From Blautia sp. (lineage in GTDB: Bacteria > Bacillota > Clostridia > Lachnospirales > Lachnospiraceae), in assembly GCA_022770365.1 (NCBI GenBank), contig JALEHU010000068.1:413-64412 (forward strand): a stretch of DNA of 64,000 nt. Reading direction: 5' to 3'. Within the stretch, counting starts at the first letter, position 1. Each line of letters opens with the position of its first letter. The notes under the pieces are model-generated. The model was not told the DNA's origin. It saw nothing but the letters and a program-made list of their open reading frames with translations, and ran no database searches. Below are positions 20,668 to 30,396 of this stretch, in pieces. The position numbers were made by a program, and so were the translations under genes.

Positions 20668-23155
20668 ATTTATGTTTACCAGAGTCCCGATGATTGCGCT
20701 GATCTGTAACATTTTCCTGTTGTTTACACTGTTATCAGCCAAAAAGGACTCATCCATCAGAGCGTTTATGGGGCTTCTGACTGCATTTATCCTGTGGACC
20801 GGCGGAGCTTACCTGATGCGTCTGCAGATATATCCCGGAACGGAATTCTGGTGGAAAGTGTCATTGACAGGAATTTTTCTGGTTCCATATATGTATTTTT
20901 TGCTTGTTTCCGCTTACACGGAGCAGAAGGGATTTTTTCTCAAAAGTGTGTGGGGAGTGGGAACGGTTATTCTGGTCATTCTGAATCTGTTTGATGTATT
21001 TATGACCAGTCCGGTGATTACAATGGTGGATGGGCAGGCTGTTTCAGACTATGCGGTGAAGTGGCCTTCGATTTTTCCTGTTTTATTTACATTGGGAATT
21101 TTTGTGTGTATATGGAAAATGATTTCCAGAACACTTCGGGAAGAGGGTATGCCTGTTTCGTATCTGACACCGTTGTTTGTGGGAGTTATTGTAATGATGA
21201 TCGGAATTCTGATCAATACGATTCCCGCGTTTACCTCATTGCCTACAGATACCCTTTCATGTGCGATCAACTCGGTATGTATTTATTATGCATTTTATAA
21301 AAAAAGATTCTATGCTTTGAGCCAGATCACCTCCAAAGGTTCCATGTATGTGGTGTCACTGGTGATTACCGGTGTACTTCTGACTTCGGTTTATCAATCT
21401 GCAGAAAATTTCATGCTGCGCAGACAGTTTGGTTCGGAGATGAATGTAACGCTGATACTTACAGTTATCTGTTCGGCGTTTGCGATTGTAGTTTTTATGG
21501 CTCTGAATAAGCTTCATGACGGATTGTTTGTCAGAGACCAGGTTCGAAGAGAAGACAGGGTGCATGATTTTTCTGTGGCTGTCAGCTCTACATTAAAGAC
21601 AGATGAGATTCTTCAGAGATTTCTTGATCTGGTGCAGGAAGAAATCCCGATTGATCATGTATACCTTTGTCTGTATGACGAAGAAGGCGAGGAGTATGTC
21701 TCTGATACGAGTGTACGCTCTCTGGAGCATCCTCTGAGGTTCCGCGCGGATCATCCGCTGATCCGGAAACTTCAGAACAGCAGGAATGGTATTCTGTATG
21801 CGGATTTCCAGAAAACTACAGCTTATAAAAGCATGTGGGAAGAGGAAAAAAGGCAGCTTTCCCATATTCAGGCGGCTTATGTGCTTCCTTTCAGGGGTGA
21901 TGCGCGTCTGATTGGATTTGTTATTTTTTCCGAGAAACAGACAAGAAAAGAGTATTCTTATGCGGAATTGAATTTTCTGGAATCGGTTGTATCAGTTGCG
22001 TCTATCGCGCTGAAAAATGCCTCTCTGTATCGTGAAATAGAACGTGAAGCGCTGCTGGATCCACTGACGGGGCTTTTGAACCGCAGGACTTTGAATAAAA
22101 AACTGGAGCAGCAGTTTGATAAAAAAGCTTCGCCCATAACCCTGATACTTTTGAACCTGGATGATTTCAGTCTTTATAATGAGCTGTATGGAAGTGAAGA
22201 AGGTGACAGGATGCTTGAGAAATTTGCAGAGATCCTTCAGCGGGTTTTTATTTCGGATGCAATTATTTCCAGGTACGGAGGGAAGGAATTTGCAGTTCTT
22301 CTGCCATACAGTGATACTCTGACAGCTCAGCGCAAAACACAGAAAGTGCAGGATATGCTGGCGTCTTATATTGCCAACAGCAGCGGAAGGATTAAAAAAT
22401 TCCTTACATTTTCGGCGGGAATTTGTTCCTATCCTTCGGTGGCAGCCAATGCAAAGCAGCTTCTTTCTTATGCAAATATGGCAGTCTTCCAGGTGAAACA
22501 GCATGGTAAAAATCAGATTGAGATTTACCATAAACAGATGACACTGCCAGAAACGGTTAAAAAAGAAGAAGGTATTCATGAACTGACTTCCACGATTTTT
22601 GCACTGACTGCGGCGATTGACGCAAAAGATCACTACACCTTCAATCACTCTCAGTGCGTTTCCAATTATGCTGCAAGGCTCGCGCAGGAAGCAGGAATGG
22701 CTTCAGATCTTGTAGAAATCATACGCCAGGCCGGACTTCTGCATGATATTGGCAAGATTGGAATTCCTGATGCGATTCTGACGAAGACAGGAAGGCTGAC
22801 TCCGGAAGAATTTTCTATTATGAGGCAGCATGTGGAGCGGTCGATTGAGATGATACGTCATCTGCCTTCGCTGGATTATGTGATCCCGGCGGTTCTGGGA
22901 CATCATGAACGTTATGATGGAAAAGGATATCCAAGGGGGATTTCAGGGGAAGATATTCCTGTAAGTGCGAGATGTCTTTCGATTGCGGATGCATTCGATG
23001 CCATGGTTTCCAAGCGTTCCTATAAGAACCGGATGCCGCTGGAAGATGCACTGGCAGAAATTGAGAAAAATCTTGGATCGCAATTCGACCTGGAACTTGG
23101 ACGGCTGTTTATTAAGATGATCCGTGAAGGGACTATTGAGGTCATTTATTATTAG
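20651..23155 (+). CDS. Membrane sensor: N-terminal 7TM region, GAF, degenerate GGDEF and HD-GYP phosphodiesterase
   Basis: Multiple TMs; GAF (YSYAELNFLESVVSVASIALKNA); DPLTGLLNRR...RYGGKEF; HDIGK, HHERYDGKGYP, IADAFDAM; overlaps the GH3 stop. Confidence 0.88.
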   Translation: MDLLNEFMFTRVPMIALICNIFLLFTLLSAKKDSSIRAFMGLLTAFILWTGGAYLMRLQIYPGTEFWWKVSLTGIFLVPYMYFLLVSAYTEQKGFFLKSVWGVGTVILVILNLFDVFMTSPVITMVDGQAVSDYAVKWPSIFPVLFTLGIFVCIWKMISRTLREEGMPVSYLTPLFVGVIVMMIGILINTIPAFTSLPTDTLSCAINSVCIYYAFYKKRFYALSQITSKGSMYVVSLVITGVLLTSVYQSAENFMLRRQFGSEMNVTLILTVICSAFAIVVFMALNKLHDGLFVRDQVRREDRVHDFSVAVSSTLKTDEILQRFLDLVQEEIPIDHVYLCLYDEEGEEYVSDTSVRSLEHPLRFRADHPLIRKLQNSRNGILYADFQKTTAYKSMWEEEKRQLSHIQAAYVLPFRGDARLIGFVIFSEKQTRKEYSYAELNFLESVVSVASIALKNASLYREIEREALLDPLTGLLNRRTLNKKLEQQFDKKASPITLILLNLDDFSLYNELYGSEEGDRMLEKFAEILQRVFISDAIISRYGGKEFAVLLPYSDTLTAQRKTQKVQDMLASYIANSSGRIKKFLTFSAGICSYPSVAANAKQLLSYANMAVFQVKQHGKNQIEIYHKQMTLPETVKKEEGIHELTSTIFALTAAIDAKDHYTFNHSQCVSNYAARLAQEAGMASDLVEIIRQAGLLHDIGKIGIPDAILTKTGRLTPEEFSIMRQHVERSIEMIRHLPSLDYVIPAVLGHHERYDGKGYPRGISGEDIPVSARCLSIADAFDAMVSKRSYKNRMPLEDALAEIEKNLGSQFDLELGRLFIKMIREGTIEVIYY

Positions 23156-23222
23156 CCTGCTGCCTTTGGTAAATCACGCCTGCATTGTATTGATCAAAAG
23201 GAAGTTCTGTTCCAGAATGAAC

Positions 23223-23279
23223 ATAATAAAAAGGATGCTGAAGAATATCATGCGATATGAAACAGCATCCTTTTATTAT
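23223..23279. terminator. Bidirectional intrinsic terminator
   Basis: ATAATAAAAAGGATGCTG ... CAGCATCCTTTTATTAT between convergent genes. Confidence 0.7.
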
Positions 23280-23327
23280 GGCTGAGAAGATCTTCTGGTA
23301 GCGATATCTGTGAAAGAGATTCACTCT

Positions 23328-24551
23328 TTATCTGCAGTACAGTTTTGCCAGTTCGACTATGACTTCCACACATTTTTCCATGGACTGGATGCAGACGAAT
23401 TCAAATCTGCCATGACAGTTATGACCGCCAACACCAAGATTCGGGCAGGGAAGTCCCATGAAAGACAATCTTGCTCCGTCAGTGCCGCCGCGGATCGGCT
23501 GTACGACAGGAGTGACACCGGTTGTTTCGTATGCTTTCAGAACATTGTCAAGCAGATGCTGATGCGGCAAGATCTGTTCCTTCATGTTGAAATAGGAATC
23601 CTCAATTCGCAATGTTACAGTGCCCTGACCATATTTGCTGTTCATGTAGTCTGCGGCACGAAGCATGAACTGTTTCTTGTTTTCAAAAAGTTCTCTGTCA
23701 TGATCGCGGATAATATAAAATGAAGAAGCGTGCTCCACCTCGCCTTTGACGGATTCCAGGTGGATAAAGCCTTCATATCCTTCGGTATGCTCGGGCTTTT
23801 GAGCTTCAGGCATCATGGACTGGAATTCCATGGCGAGAAGAGAAGCGTTTAGCATTTTATTCTTGGCATCGCCGGGATGGATGCTGACTCCTGCAAAATC
23901 TGCGAATGCAGAGGCTGCGTTGAAGTTTTCGTATTCCAGTTCTCCGCATTTTCCTCCATCTATTGTATAGGCGAAATCTGCCGCGAATTTTTTTATATCA
24001 AAATAGTCACTTCCGTTTCCGATTTCTTCGTCAGGTGTAAAACCGATACGGATTTTTCCGTGGGGGATTTCCGGATGAGCCAGAAGGTATTCTGCCGCAG
24101 TGAGAATTTCAGCAATTCCGGCTTTGTCATCACCGCCAAGGAGCGTCAGGCCGTCAGTTACGATGAGATCCTGCCCCTGGTATTGGGCCATACAGGAAAA
24201 GTCGCTGGTGCGCATGATGATATTTTTTTCCTGATTCAGTACAATGTCTTTTCCGTCATAATTTTCAATCACACGGGGACGGATATCAGAGCCGGATGCG
24301 GAATCAGATGTGTCCATATGTGCGATGAAGCCGAGGACAGTATTATTTTCATTCTGTACGGTAGCAGGTACAGTGGCAAATACATAACCGTGTTCATCGC
24401 AGGAGACATCCTCAAGTCCCATTTCTTTCATTTCTTCCACCAGCAGATGCGCAAGTATCAGCTGGCCTTCCGTGCTGGGAGTGGTCACAGCATCCGGATG
24501 AGATGTGGTGTCTACAGCAACATATTTTAAAAAACGGTCTTTTACATTCAT
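23328..24551 (-). CDS. pepT: Peptidase T (tripeptide aminopeptidase)
   Basis: GFIAHMDTS, LLGGDDKAG, FTPDEEIG, PIRGGTDGARLSFMGLPCPN. Confidence 0.95.
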   Translation of the reverse strand: MNVKDRFLKYVAVDTTSHPDAVTTPSTEGQLILAHLLVEEMKEMGLEDVSCDEHGYVFATVPATVQNENNTVLGFIAHMDTSDSASGSDIRPRVIENYDGKDIVLNQEKNIIMRTSDFSCMAQYQGQDLIVTDGLTLLGGDDKAGIAEILTAAEYLLAHPEIPHGKIRIGFTPDEEIGNGSDYFDIKKFAADFAYTIDGGKCGELEYENFNAASAFADFAGVSIHPGDAKNKMLNASLLAMEFQSMMPEAQKPEHTEGYEGFIHLESVKGEVEHASSFYIIRDHDRELFENKKQFMLRAADYMNSKYGQGTVTLRIEDSYFNMKEQILPHQHLLDNVLKAYETTGVTPVVQPIRGGTDGARLSFMGLPCPNLGVGGHNCHGRFEFVCIQSMEKCVEVIVELAKLYCR

Positions 24552-24690
24552 GAAAAAATCCTCCTGTAAGCATATTTATGATGATGCCTGTCCCGGCAGG
24601 CATGTCTGTTCAGATAAAACCCGGGTTCATATTATCATAGAAATGTAAAGTTGTCTATTATCAGAAAAGCAGAAAAAAGTGCAAATTCTT

Positions 24691-24719
24691 TTGACAAACA
24701 GACATACACTGGTTACAAT
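24691..24719 (+). promoter_or_regulatory. SigA promoter of hisC
   Basis: TTGACA-17 bp-TACAAT. Confidence 0.65.
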
Positions 24720-24775
24720 AGCAAATATGTATGATACATGGAAAAGAGATAATTCCTGGAAGAAAGGAGAAAAAC

Positions 24776-25837
24776 ATGAAAACATGGGAGGAAAATATCC
24801 GTAAAGTGGTTCCTTACACCCCGGGTGAACAGCCGAACCAGCCGGATATGATCAAGTTAAATACAAATGAGAACCCGTATCCGCCTGCGCCGGGCGTGGA
24901 GAAAGTCCTGCACGAAATGGACGTGGATACACTTCGGCTTTATCCGGACCCGACAGCAGGGAATCTGGTACGCGCCATTGCCGCTTATTATCATCTGGAA
25001 GAAAATCAGGTATTTGTGGGCGTTGGCTCTGATGATGTACTTGCAATGTGCTTTTTGACATTTTTTAATGGAAAGAAACCTATTCTGTTTCCGGATATTA
25101 CGTATTCTTTTTATGATGTCTGGGCGGATCTGTTCCGAATTCCTTATGAACGTCCGATGCTGGATGAGAATTTTCACATCCGCAAGGAAGACTATTTCCA
25201 GGAAAACGGCGGCGTGATTTTTCCGAATCCAAATGCACCAACCGGAGTGGAAATGCCTCTTGCTGATATTGAGGAAATTGTTCGGAACAATCAGGACAGC
25301 ATTGTGATCGTGGATGAAGCATATGTGGATTTTGGTGCGGTTTCTGCGCTCCCTCTTATTAAAAAATACGAGAACCTGCTTGTGGTTCAGACCTTTTCAA
25401 AATCAAGATCCATGGCAGGCATGCGAATTGGTTTTGTCTGCGGTAATCCTGTTCTGATCAAATATCTGAATGATGTGAAATATTCCTTTAATTCCTATAC
25501 TATGGACAGGACTGCTCTGGCAGCAGGTGTGGCAGCTGTTGAGGATGCGGCATATTTCCGGGAAACATGCCGTAAGATTATTGACACAAGAGAATGGACC
25601 AAAACGGAATTGAAGAAACTGGGATTTTCTTTTGAGGATTCCATGTCCAATTTTATTTTTGCCGCTCATGAGACCTGTCCGGCTGCTGAATTATTTCAGG
25701 CTTTGAGAGAACAGCATATCTATGTGCGTTATTTCCCGAAGGGAAGAACATTCAATCATCTGCGCATTACCATTGGAACGCGTGAAGAAATGGAAACATT
25801 TGTTGCATTTTTGAAGAAATATCTGAGTGATCGTTAG
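24776..25837 (+). CDS. hisC: Histidinol-phosphate transaminase
   Basis: IKLNTNENPYPP, NPNAPTG, VDEAYVDF, TFSKSRSMAGMRIG, LRITIGT. Confidence 0.93.
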   Translation: MKTWEENIRKVVPYTPGEQPNQPDMIKLNTNENPYPPAPGVEKVLHEMDVDTLRLYPDPTAGNLVRAIAAYYHLEENQVFVGVGSDDVLAMCFLTFFNGKKPILFPDITYSFYDVWADLFRIPYERPMLDENFHIRKEDYFQENGGVIFPNPNAPTGVEMPLADIEEIVRNNQDSIVIVDEAYVDFGAVSALPLIKKYENLLVVQTFSKSRSMAGMRIGFVCGNPVLIKYLNDVKYSFNSYTMDRTALAAGVAAVEDAAYFRETCRKIIDTREWTKTELKKLGFSFEDSMSNFIFAAHETCPAAELFQALREQHIYVRYFPKGRTFNHLRITIGTREEMETFVAFLKKYLSDR

Positions 25838-25845
25838 GAGGTAAT

Positions 25846-26346
25846 ATGGAAGCACTTGTACAATGGTTTGCTGAGAACCTGTCACAATTTATTTCAGCTG
25901 AAGCGGTTGTATTTATTATTTCAATGATTCCCATTCTGGAACTCCGCGGAGGGCTGCTGGCGGCATCACTTCTGAAGATTCCGGAAACTGTGTCTATTCC
26001 GTTGTGTATCGTGGGAAATATTATACCGATACCGTTTATTCTGCTTTTTATCCGTCAGATTTTCAAACTGCTGAAAAAGACAAAGATGTTCCGCGGTCTG
26101 ATCATCAAACTGGAAAACCGCGCCATGGGAAAGAGCGACCGGATTCAGAAATATGAATTTCTTGGACTGGTATTGTTTGTGGGAATTCCGCTTCCGGGAA
26201 CCGGCGCATGGACAGGAGCTCTGATTGCGTCTCTTCTGGACGTGGATATTAAAAAATCATCTCTTGCAATTCTCATTGGCATTTTTATGGCCAGTGTGAT
26301 CATGTATGTGGTTTCTTATGTACTGGTTGGAAATATTGTAAGCTAA
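25846..26346 (+). CDS. Small multi-drug export protein (COG2426 family)
   Basis: SMIPILELRGG, FVGIPLPGTGAWTG. Confidence 0.85.
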   Translation: MEALVQWFAENLSQFISAEAVVFIISMIPILELRGGLLAASLLKIPETVSIPLCIVGNIIPIPFILLFIRQIFKLLKKTKMFRGLIIKLENRAMGKSDRIQKYEFLGLVLFVGIPLPGTGAWTGALIASLLDVDIKKSSLAILIGIFMASVIMYVVSYVLVGNIVS

Positions 26347-26360
26347 AACAAAGAATAGTG

Positions 26361-26405
26361 GTAACTGTTCAGAAACCACTATCTGTGAAGGTACTGAACA
26401 GATAC
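26361..26405. repeat. Short REP-like inverted repeat element
   Basis: GTAACTGTTCAG ... CTGAACAGATAC (11/12 inverted match); a related half GTAAGTGTTCAG occurs near 61443. Confidence 0.45.
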
Positions 26406-26410
26406 GGATA

Positions 26411-26459
26411 ATAAAAAGTCAGAACATCGTTTTTGTTAAAACGATGTTCTGACTTTTAT
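26411..26459. terminator. Bidirectional intrinsic terminator
   Basis: AAAAGTCAGAACATCGTTTT...AAAACGATGTTCTGACTTTT. Confidence 0.8.
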
Positions 26460-27520
26460 ATGAGCTTTCTCCTCAGCATTTCCGGATTGCCGGCATACTT
26501 CAGAGCAGTGTCGGCTGTGATGCGCTTCTGTCGGCAGAGCTCCAGAAGACTCTGATCCATGGAGCGCATCTGGTACTGGGAAGAGGAATAAATGACTCCG
26601 TCTATCTGATGTACCTTATTTTCTCGGATCATATTACGAATGGCAGGGTTCAGCCTCATGACTTCAAAGACAGGGATGTTGTGACCGTCTACATCAGGTA
26701 TGAGCTGCTGAGAAATGACTGTCTGGAGTACCATGGAAAGCTGGATGGCAATCTGATGCTGCTGACCGGGCTCAAAAACGTCCAGAATTCTTTCGATGGT
26801 ATTGGCTGCACCGATGGTATGCAGGCTGGAAAGCACCAGATGACCTGTTTCTGCAGCGGTCATAGCAGTCTGGATTGTTTCTAGATCACGCATTTCTCCA
26901 AGGAGGATTACATCAGGGCTCTGACGAAGAGTGGCACGCAGGGAAGTCAGATAGCTGTCCGTGTCTGTACAGATTTCTCTTTGGCTGACAATGCATTTTT
27001 TGTGTCTGTGCAAATATTCCAGAGGATCTTCCAGTGTGATAATATGGCCTTCACGGCTATTATTGATACGGTCAATCAGACATGCCAGTGTTGTTGATTT
27101 TCCGCTTCCCGCCGGTCCTGTCACAAGAATCATACCCTTGGTGAAATCGGCAGATTCCATGATCTCTTCCGGAATATGGAGCTGCCCGGGGTTAGGAAGT
27201 TCAAAGGCTATGACACGGATTACGGCAGCAAGGGAACCTCTCTGACGGTAGGTATTCACACGGAAACGGGACAGACCGGGGATCGAGAAGGAGAAGTCAT
27301 CGTCTCCTTTTTTGAGCAGTGATTTGATATTCCGGTCTCCGGCAAGATGATAAATCTGACGAATGATGCTGCTGGTATCTTCAGGCATCAGCCGGTTTCC
27401 TTTGTGAATCATCTGTCCGTCTGTTTTTGTGGAAAGAGGAAGTCCGGCAATGATAAAAATATCTGACGCATGACTTCGGGCAGCGTCTGTTAAAAAGTCA
27501 AGTACTAAATTTTCATTCAT
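26456..27520 (-). CDS. pilT: PilT/PilU family type IV pilus ATPase
   Basis: GPAGSGKSTT, TLEDPLE, LRQSPDVILLGEMRD, AAETGHLVLSSLHT, AIRNMIRE; ATG at 27520 with AAGGAG RBS. Confidence 0.9.
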   Translation of the reverse strand: MNENLVLDFLTDAARSHASDIFIIAGLPLSTKTDGQMIHKGNRLMPEDTSSIIRQIYHLAGDRNIKSLLKKGDDDFSFSIPGLSRFRVNTYRQRGSLAAVIRVIAFELPNPGQLHIPEEIMESADFTKGMILVTGPAGSGKSTTLACLIDRINNSREGHIITLEDPLEYLHRHKKCIVSQREICTDTDSYLTSLRATLRQSPDVILLGEMRDLETIQTAMTAAETGHLVLSSLHTIGAANTIERILDVFEPGQQHQIAIQLSMVLQTVISQQLIPDVDGHNIPVFEVMRLNPAIRNMIRENKVHQIDGVIYSSSQYQMRSMDQSLLELCRQKRITADTALKYAGNPEMLRRKLI

Positions 27521-27533
27521 AAGTGATTCTCCT

Positions 27534-28019
27534 TTATTCAGGTATACTTTGATACACGTGTTGTCTTGTATCCGGATTCCAGTTTCCGGTGGATATAGTC
27601 TGCCAGGTGTGGATTTCCAGCAGCGGTTCTTCTGTATCCTGTGGATAAAGCACATACAGTTCCACACGAAGAGACTGGCTGTCGGAAAATGGAACATCAA
27701 TGGCCAGGATTCGTCTGTTTTCTTCCCAGAAGAAACCACGACTGCAAAGATTTTCAGCGGTTTTCAGATAGTCCTTTTCACTGGCTGACTGACGAAGGGT
27801 GCAGCGCAGAAAATCTTCCGCCTGGCTGCACAGGTCTGCCGCAGTTGTGCATGCATCATAATACGCTTCAGTCTGTTCCATGGAGCGTTTGCTCATGTTC
27901 AGATCTGAACGGGAGCTTTCAAGGGTCAGAAGCGCCAGAATAACCATACACAGGACAGAGAAAATTAAAACCAGAGAAGTGATTCCTAGTGTGACTATGG
28001 AATTTCGATGCTGTTTCAA
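27534..28019 (-). CDS. Pilin-like protein with an N-terminal hydrophobic helix (no E5)
   Basis: G-ITSLVLIFSVLCMVILALL; position within the pilus operon. Confidence 0.6.
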   Translation of the reverse strand: MKQHRNSIVTLGITSLVLIFSVLCMVILALLTLESSRSDLNMSKRSMEQTEAYYDACTTAADLCSQAEDFLRCTLRQSASEKDYLKTAENLCSRGFFWEENRRILAIDVPFSDSQSLRVELYVLYPQDTEEPLLEIHTWQTISTGNWNPDTRQHVYQSIPE

Positions 28020-28466
28020 TTAATCCGCCTCCTTTTGACTGCCGAACACGGGGAAGCGGATAGTCTGCTCATACAGGGTGTTTCCCCGGGTGTCCTTAAA
28101 TGAGAGTACAGCCTGCCTGGACTTGGAGTCCCCGGATAACCGGACGATGAACCGGCAGACAGTCTTTTCTTCTGCACAGAGGTTCCACTGACTGTCATAA
28201 TAATACAGCAGTTGATCTTCGGAAAAGGTTCCGCCCGGCATCAGTTCCAGAAAAGCCTCAGGACTTCCATCGGTGCCTTCCAGTATTTCTCCGGCAGAAA
28301 TTGTCAGTTCTTCGATATGATTCCATGTTCTGGCTTCTTCCCGGTATATTCTGGCTTTGGCAAAAATCTGAATGCATACTGCAGATGTCAGAGCCAGAAT
28401 CAGAAGTGATAAAATCATTTCCATCAGAAAAAGTCCGGATCTGGAATGAACGGTTGATTTTTTCAT
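28020..28466 (-). CDS. Type IV prepilin-like protein
   Basis: Class III signal SRSG|LFLMEMILSLLIL with Glu at +5. Confidence 0.75.
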   Translation of the reverse strand: MKKSTVHSRSGLFLMEMILSLLILALTSAVCIQIFAKARIYREEARTWNHIEELTISAGEILEGTDGSPEAFLELMPGGTFSEDQLLYYYDSQWNLCAEEKTVCRFIVRLSGDSKSRQAVLSFKDTRGNTLYEQTIRFPVFGSQKEAD

Positions 28467-28482
28467 GGCAAGTCTCCTTATA

Positions 28483-28968
28483 TCAGGCGGGGGTTCCCGG
28501 ATAGATCAGAAAGCTTCCGGTATTGCCATTGGTATCTTTCATAGATATCCGGTAAAAATGTTCCGGCGTTTCTTCTATAATAAAGGAATCCAGAGATGCG
28601 ACAGAAGTTCCCATGGAAAGAGAAACATTGTTCTGGTCTTTGGTAAAGAGTTCCTTTAATTCTCCATCATAAAGATAAATGTAAGTGATGTATGTCTCTT
28701 TGTTAATTGTGTCAGTCATGCACAAAGCCTGGGTGTCCTGAATCTTACCGGGAAAAACATCATGCCCGTTGTCGTGCCGGCGGATTTTTGCAGTAATATA
28801 GGACATGGCGGTGCGCAGATTGCGGTTTTCCTCTGTTCCCTGTACGGCGTTCCGGTAAGTACCTGCTGCAAAAAGGAGCATGAGGAGAATGGACAGCACA
28901 TATACATCGAAAAGCAGGAGGGAAGACAACGTATCTGTGGAATGTTTTTTTCTTATGAAATGATTCAT
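28483..28968 (-). CDS. DUF4860-like pilus-associated protein
   Basis: N-terminal TM; RTAMSYITAKIRRHD and TYIYLYDGELKELF motifs; operon context. Confidence 0.7.
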   Translation of the reverse strand: MNHFIRKKHSTDTLSSLLLFDVYVLSILLMLLFAAGTYRNAVQGTEENRNLRTAMSYITAKIRRHDNGHDVFPGKIQDTQALCMTDTINKETYITYIYLYDGELKELFTKDQNNVSLSMGTSVASLDSFIIEETPEHFYRISMKDTNGNTGSFLIYPGTPA

Positions 28969-29327
28969 GAAACTCCTCCTTTTTCATTTGCAAGAGGAAG
29001 CACAGAGATCATGGGAAACAGATTGGAACCATTCGGTATGTATTCCACGACGAACTGCCGGTCATCATAGGTGATATTGCATTCCTCAAGGAGCTGTGCA
29101 AGGCTTTCCGGATAGCTTCCGGTCAGAGCATAGGTCTGTACCGCGCCATGTTCCAGTGCCTGTGTGAGACTCTTCCGTTCTTTGGAGATAGTATCACTGG
29201 AGGTGCGGGAAACAACAGCAACAAATAAAATACATAAAAGGACCGGAAGGATCGCCGGAACAATAAAACGCAGTGTGCGCAGGAAACGGCTTCTGCGCGG
29301 TTCGAAAATATCATTCATAACATCCAC
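28965..29327 (-). CDS. Small membrane-anchored pseudopilin-like hypothetical protein
   Basis: Single TM; AVQTYALTGSYPESLAQL; overlaps or abuts neighbours in the operon. Confidence 0.7.
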   Translation of the reverse strand: MDVMNDIFEPRRSRFLRTLRFIVPAILPVLLCILFVAVVSRTSSDTISKERKSLTQALEHGAVQTYALTGSYPESLAQLLEECNITYDDRQFVVEYIPNGSNLFPMISVLPLANEKGGVS

Positions 29328-29328
29328 C

Positions 29329-30372
29329 TCACACGATCATATCCGAAAGAAGTCCGAGAAGAGGCATCATGACAGAGAGGAGGACCAGCCCGACCATAAT
29401 GGACAGCAGAATAACACAGGTTGGTTCCACGGTGGAAATAATTTCTTCCGTCAGGGTAAGTGCCTCCTGACTGCAGCGTTCAGACAGTTTGTCCATAATT
29501 TCATCAGAAGTACCGGTACGGACACCAATAGAGATCAGTCGTGCATCCATTCCGGAGAACAGCCCGGATTCTGTGATGGCATCAGCAAAAGACATTCCGC
29601 CATTCAGAAAGCCGACAGCTGTGGCGAGTCTTTTTTTAACAAGAGCCTGTGAAATCAGTTCCTCTGCCAGTTCCAGGCTGGATTGTGGGTCAAGGCCGCT
29701 TCGAATTCCCATGGAAACAGCCTGTGTAAGCCGGGCATAATCCATGGCAACAGGAATTTTATTAATATGAGGTATGCGGGACAGGAATTTCCGGGATCTT
29801 TCCCGTCCCTTTGCGGTACAGCAGAAAAACAGGATACAGAGGATCAGGACAGCCAGAAGTACAAGAAAAACCACAGAATAGCGGCTTAATCCGGAACCGA
29901 TCCGAAGCAGTCCTGTGGAAAGTGTGTTCATCTGCAATCCCATCTGGCGAAAAACCTGCTGAAATATGGGCAATACTTTTACAAGGAGAATGACGATCAC
30001 AGCTCCCATCATTCCCAGCATGATCAGAGGATAAGTGACAGCATTACGGATTCCGGCGGAAATTTCCAGCTCCTGTTCATAATGTATAGTAAGGCTTTTC
30101 ATGACTTCATCCAGGCAGCCGGTTTCTTCTCCTGCTTTGACATAGGAAATCATGGAAGCCGGGAAAATTTCTGTATATGACAGGGCTTTGGACAGACTTC
30201 CGGTTTCTTCCTGACTTTTTATAAGGGATGTAAAAATTTTTCTGCTTCTGTCTGTACGGCTGTCATCGCAGAGAATCTGCAGCCCTTCAGCACAGGAAAT
30301 CCCTGATTGTAAAAGGATGGAAAACTGTTCGCAAAAATGGAACAGTTCCTGATTGGTAAGCGTTTGTTTCAT
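29329..30372 (-). CDS. Type II secretion system F / PilC family platform protein
   Basis: LLQSGIS, AGEETGCLDEVM, AVTYPLIM, GVRTGTSDEIM, VEPTCVILLS. Confidence 0.88.
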   Translation of the reverse strand: MKQTLTNQELFHFCEQFSILLQSGISCAEGLQILCDDSRTDRSRKIFTSLIKSQEETGSLSKALSYTEIFPASMISYVKAGEETGCLDEVMKSLTIHYEQELEISAGIRNAVTYPLIMLGMMGAVIVILLVKVLPIFQQVFRQMGLQMNTLSTGLLRIGSGLSRYSVVFLVLLAVLILCILFFCCTAKGRERSRKFLSRIPHINKIPVAMDYARLTQAVSMGIRSGLDPQSSLELAEELISQALVKKRLATAVGFLNGGMSFADAITESGLFSGMDARLISIGVRTGTSDEIMDKLSERCSQEALTLTEEIISTVEPTCVILLSIMVGLVLLSVMMPLLGLLSDMIV

Positions 30373-30396
30373 TTATAGCTCCTTTCAGTAACAGAA

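Noticed and set aside
27521-27739. N-terminal extension of pilT in the ORF track (similar extensions at 8951, 11654, 31772, 42982)
   Set aside because: These overlap upstream genes or leaders; downstream starts have clear RBSs
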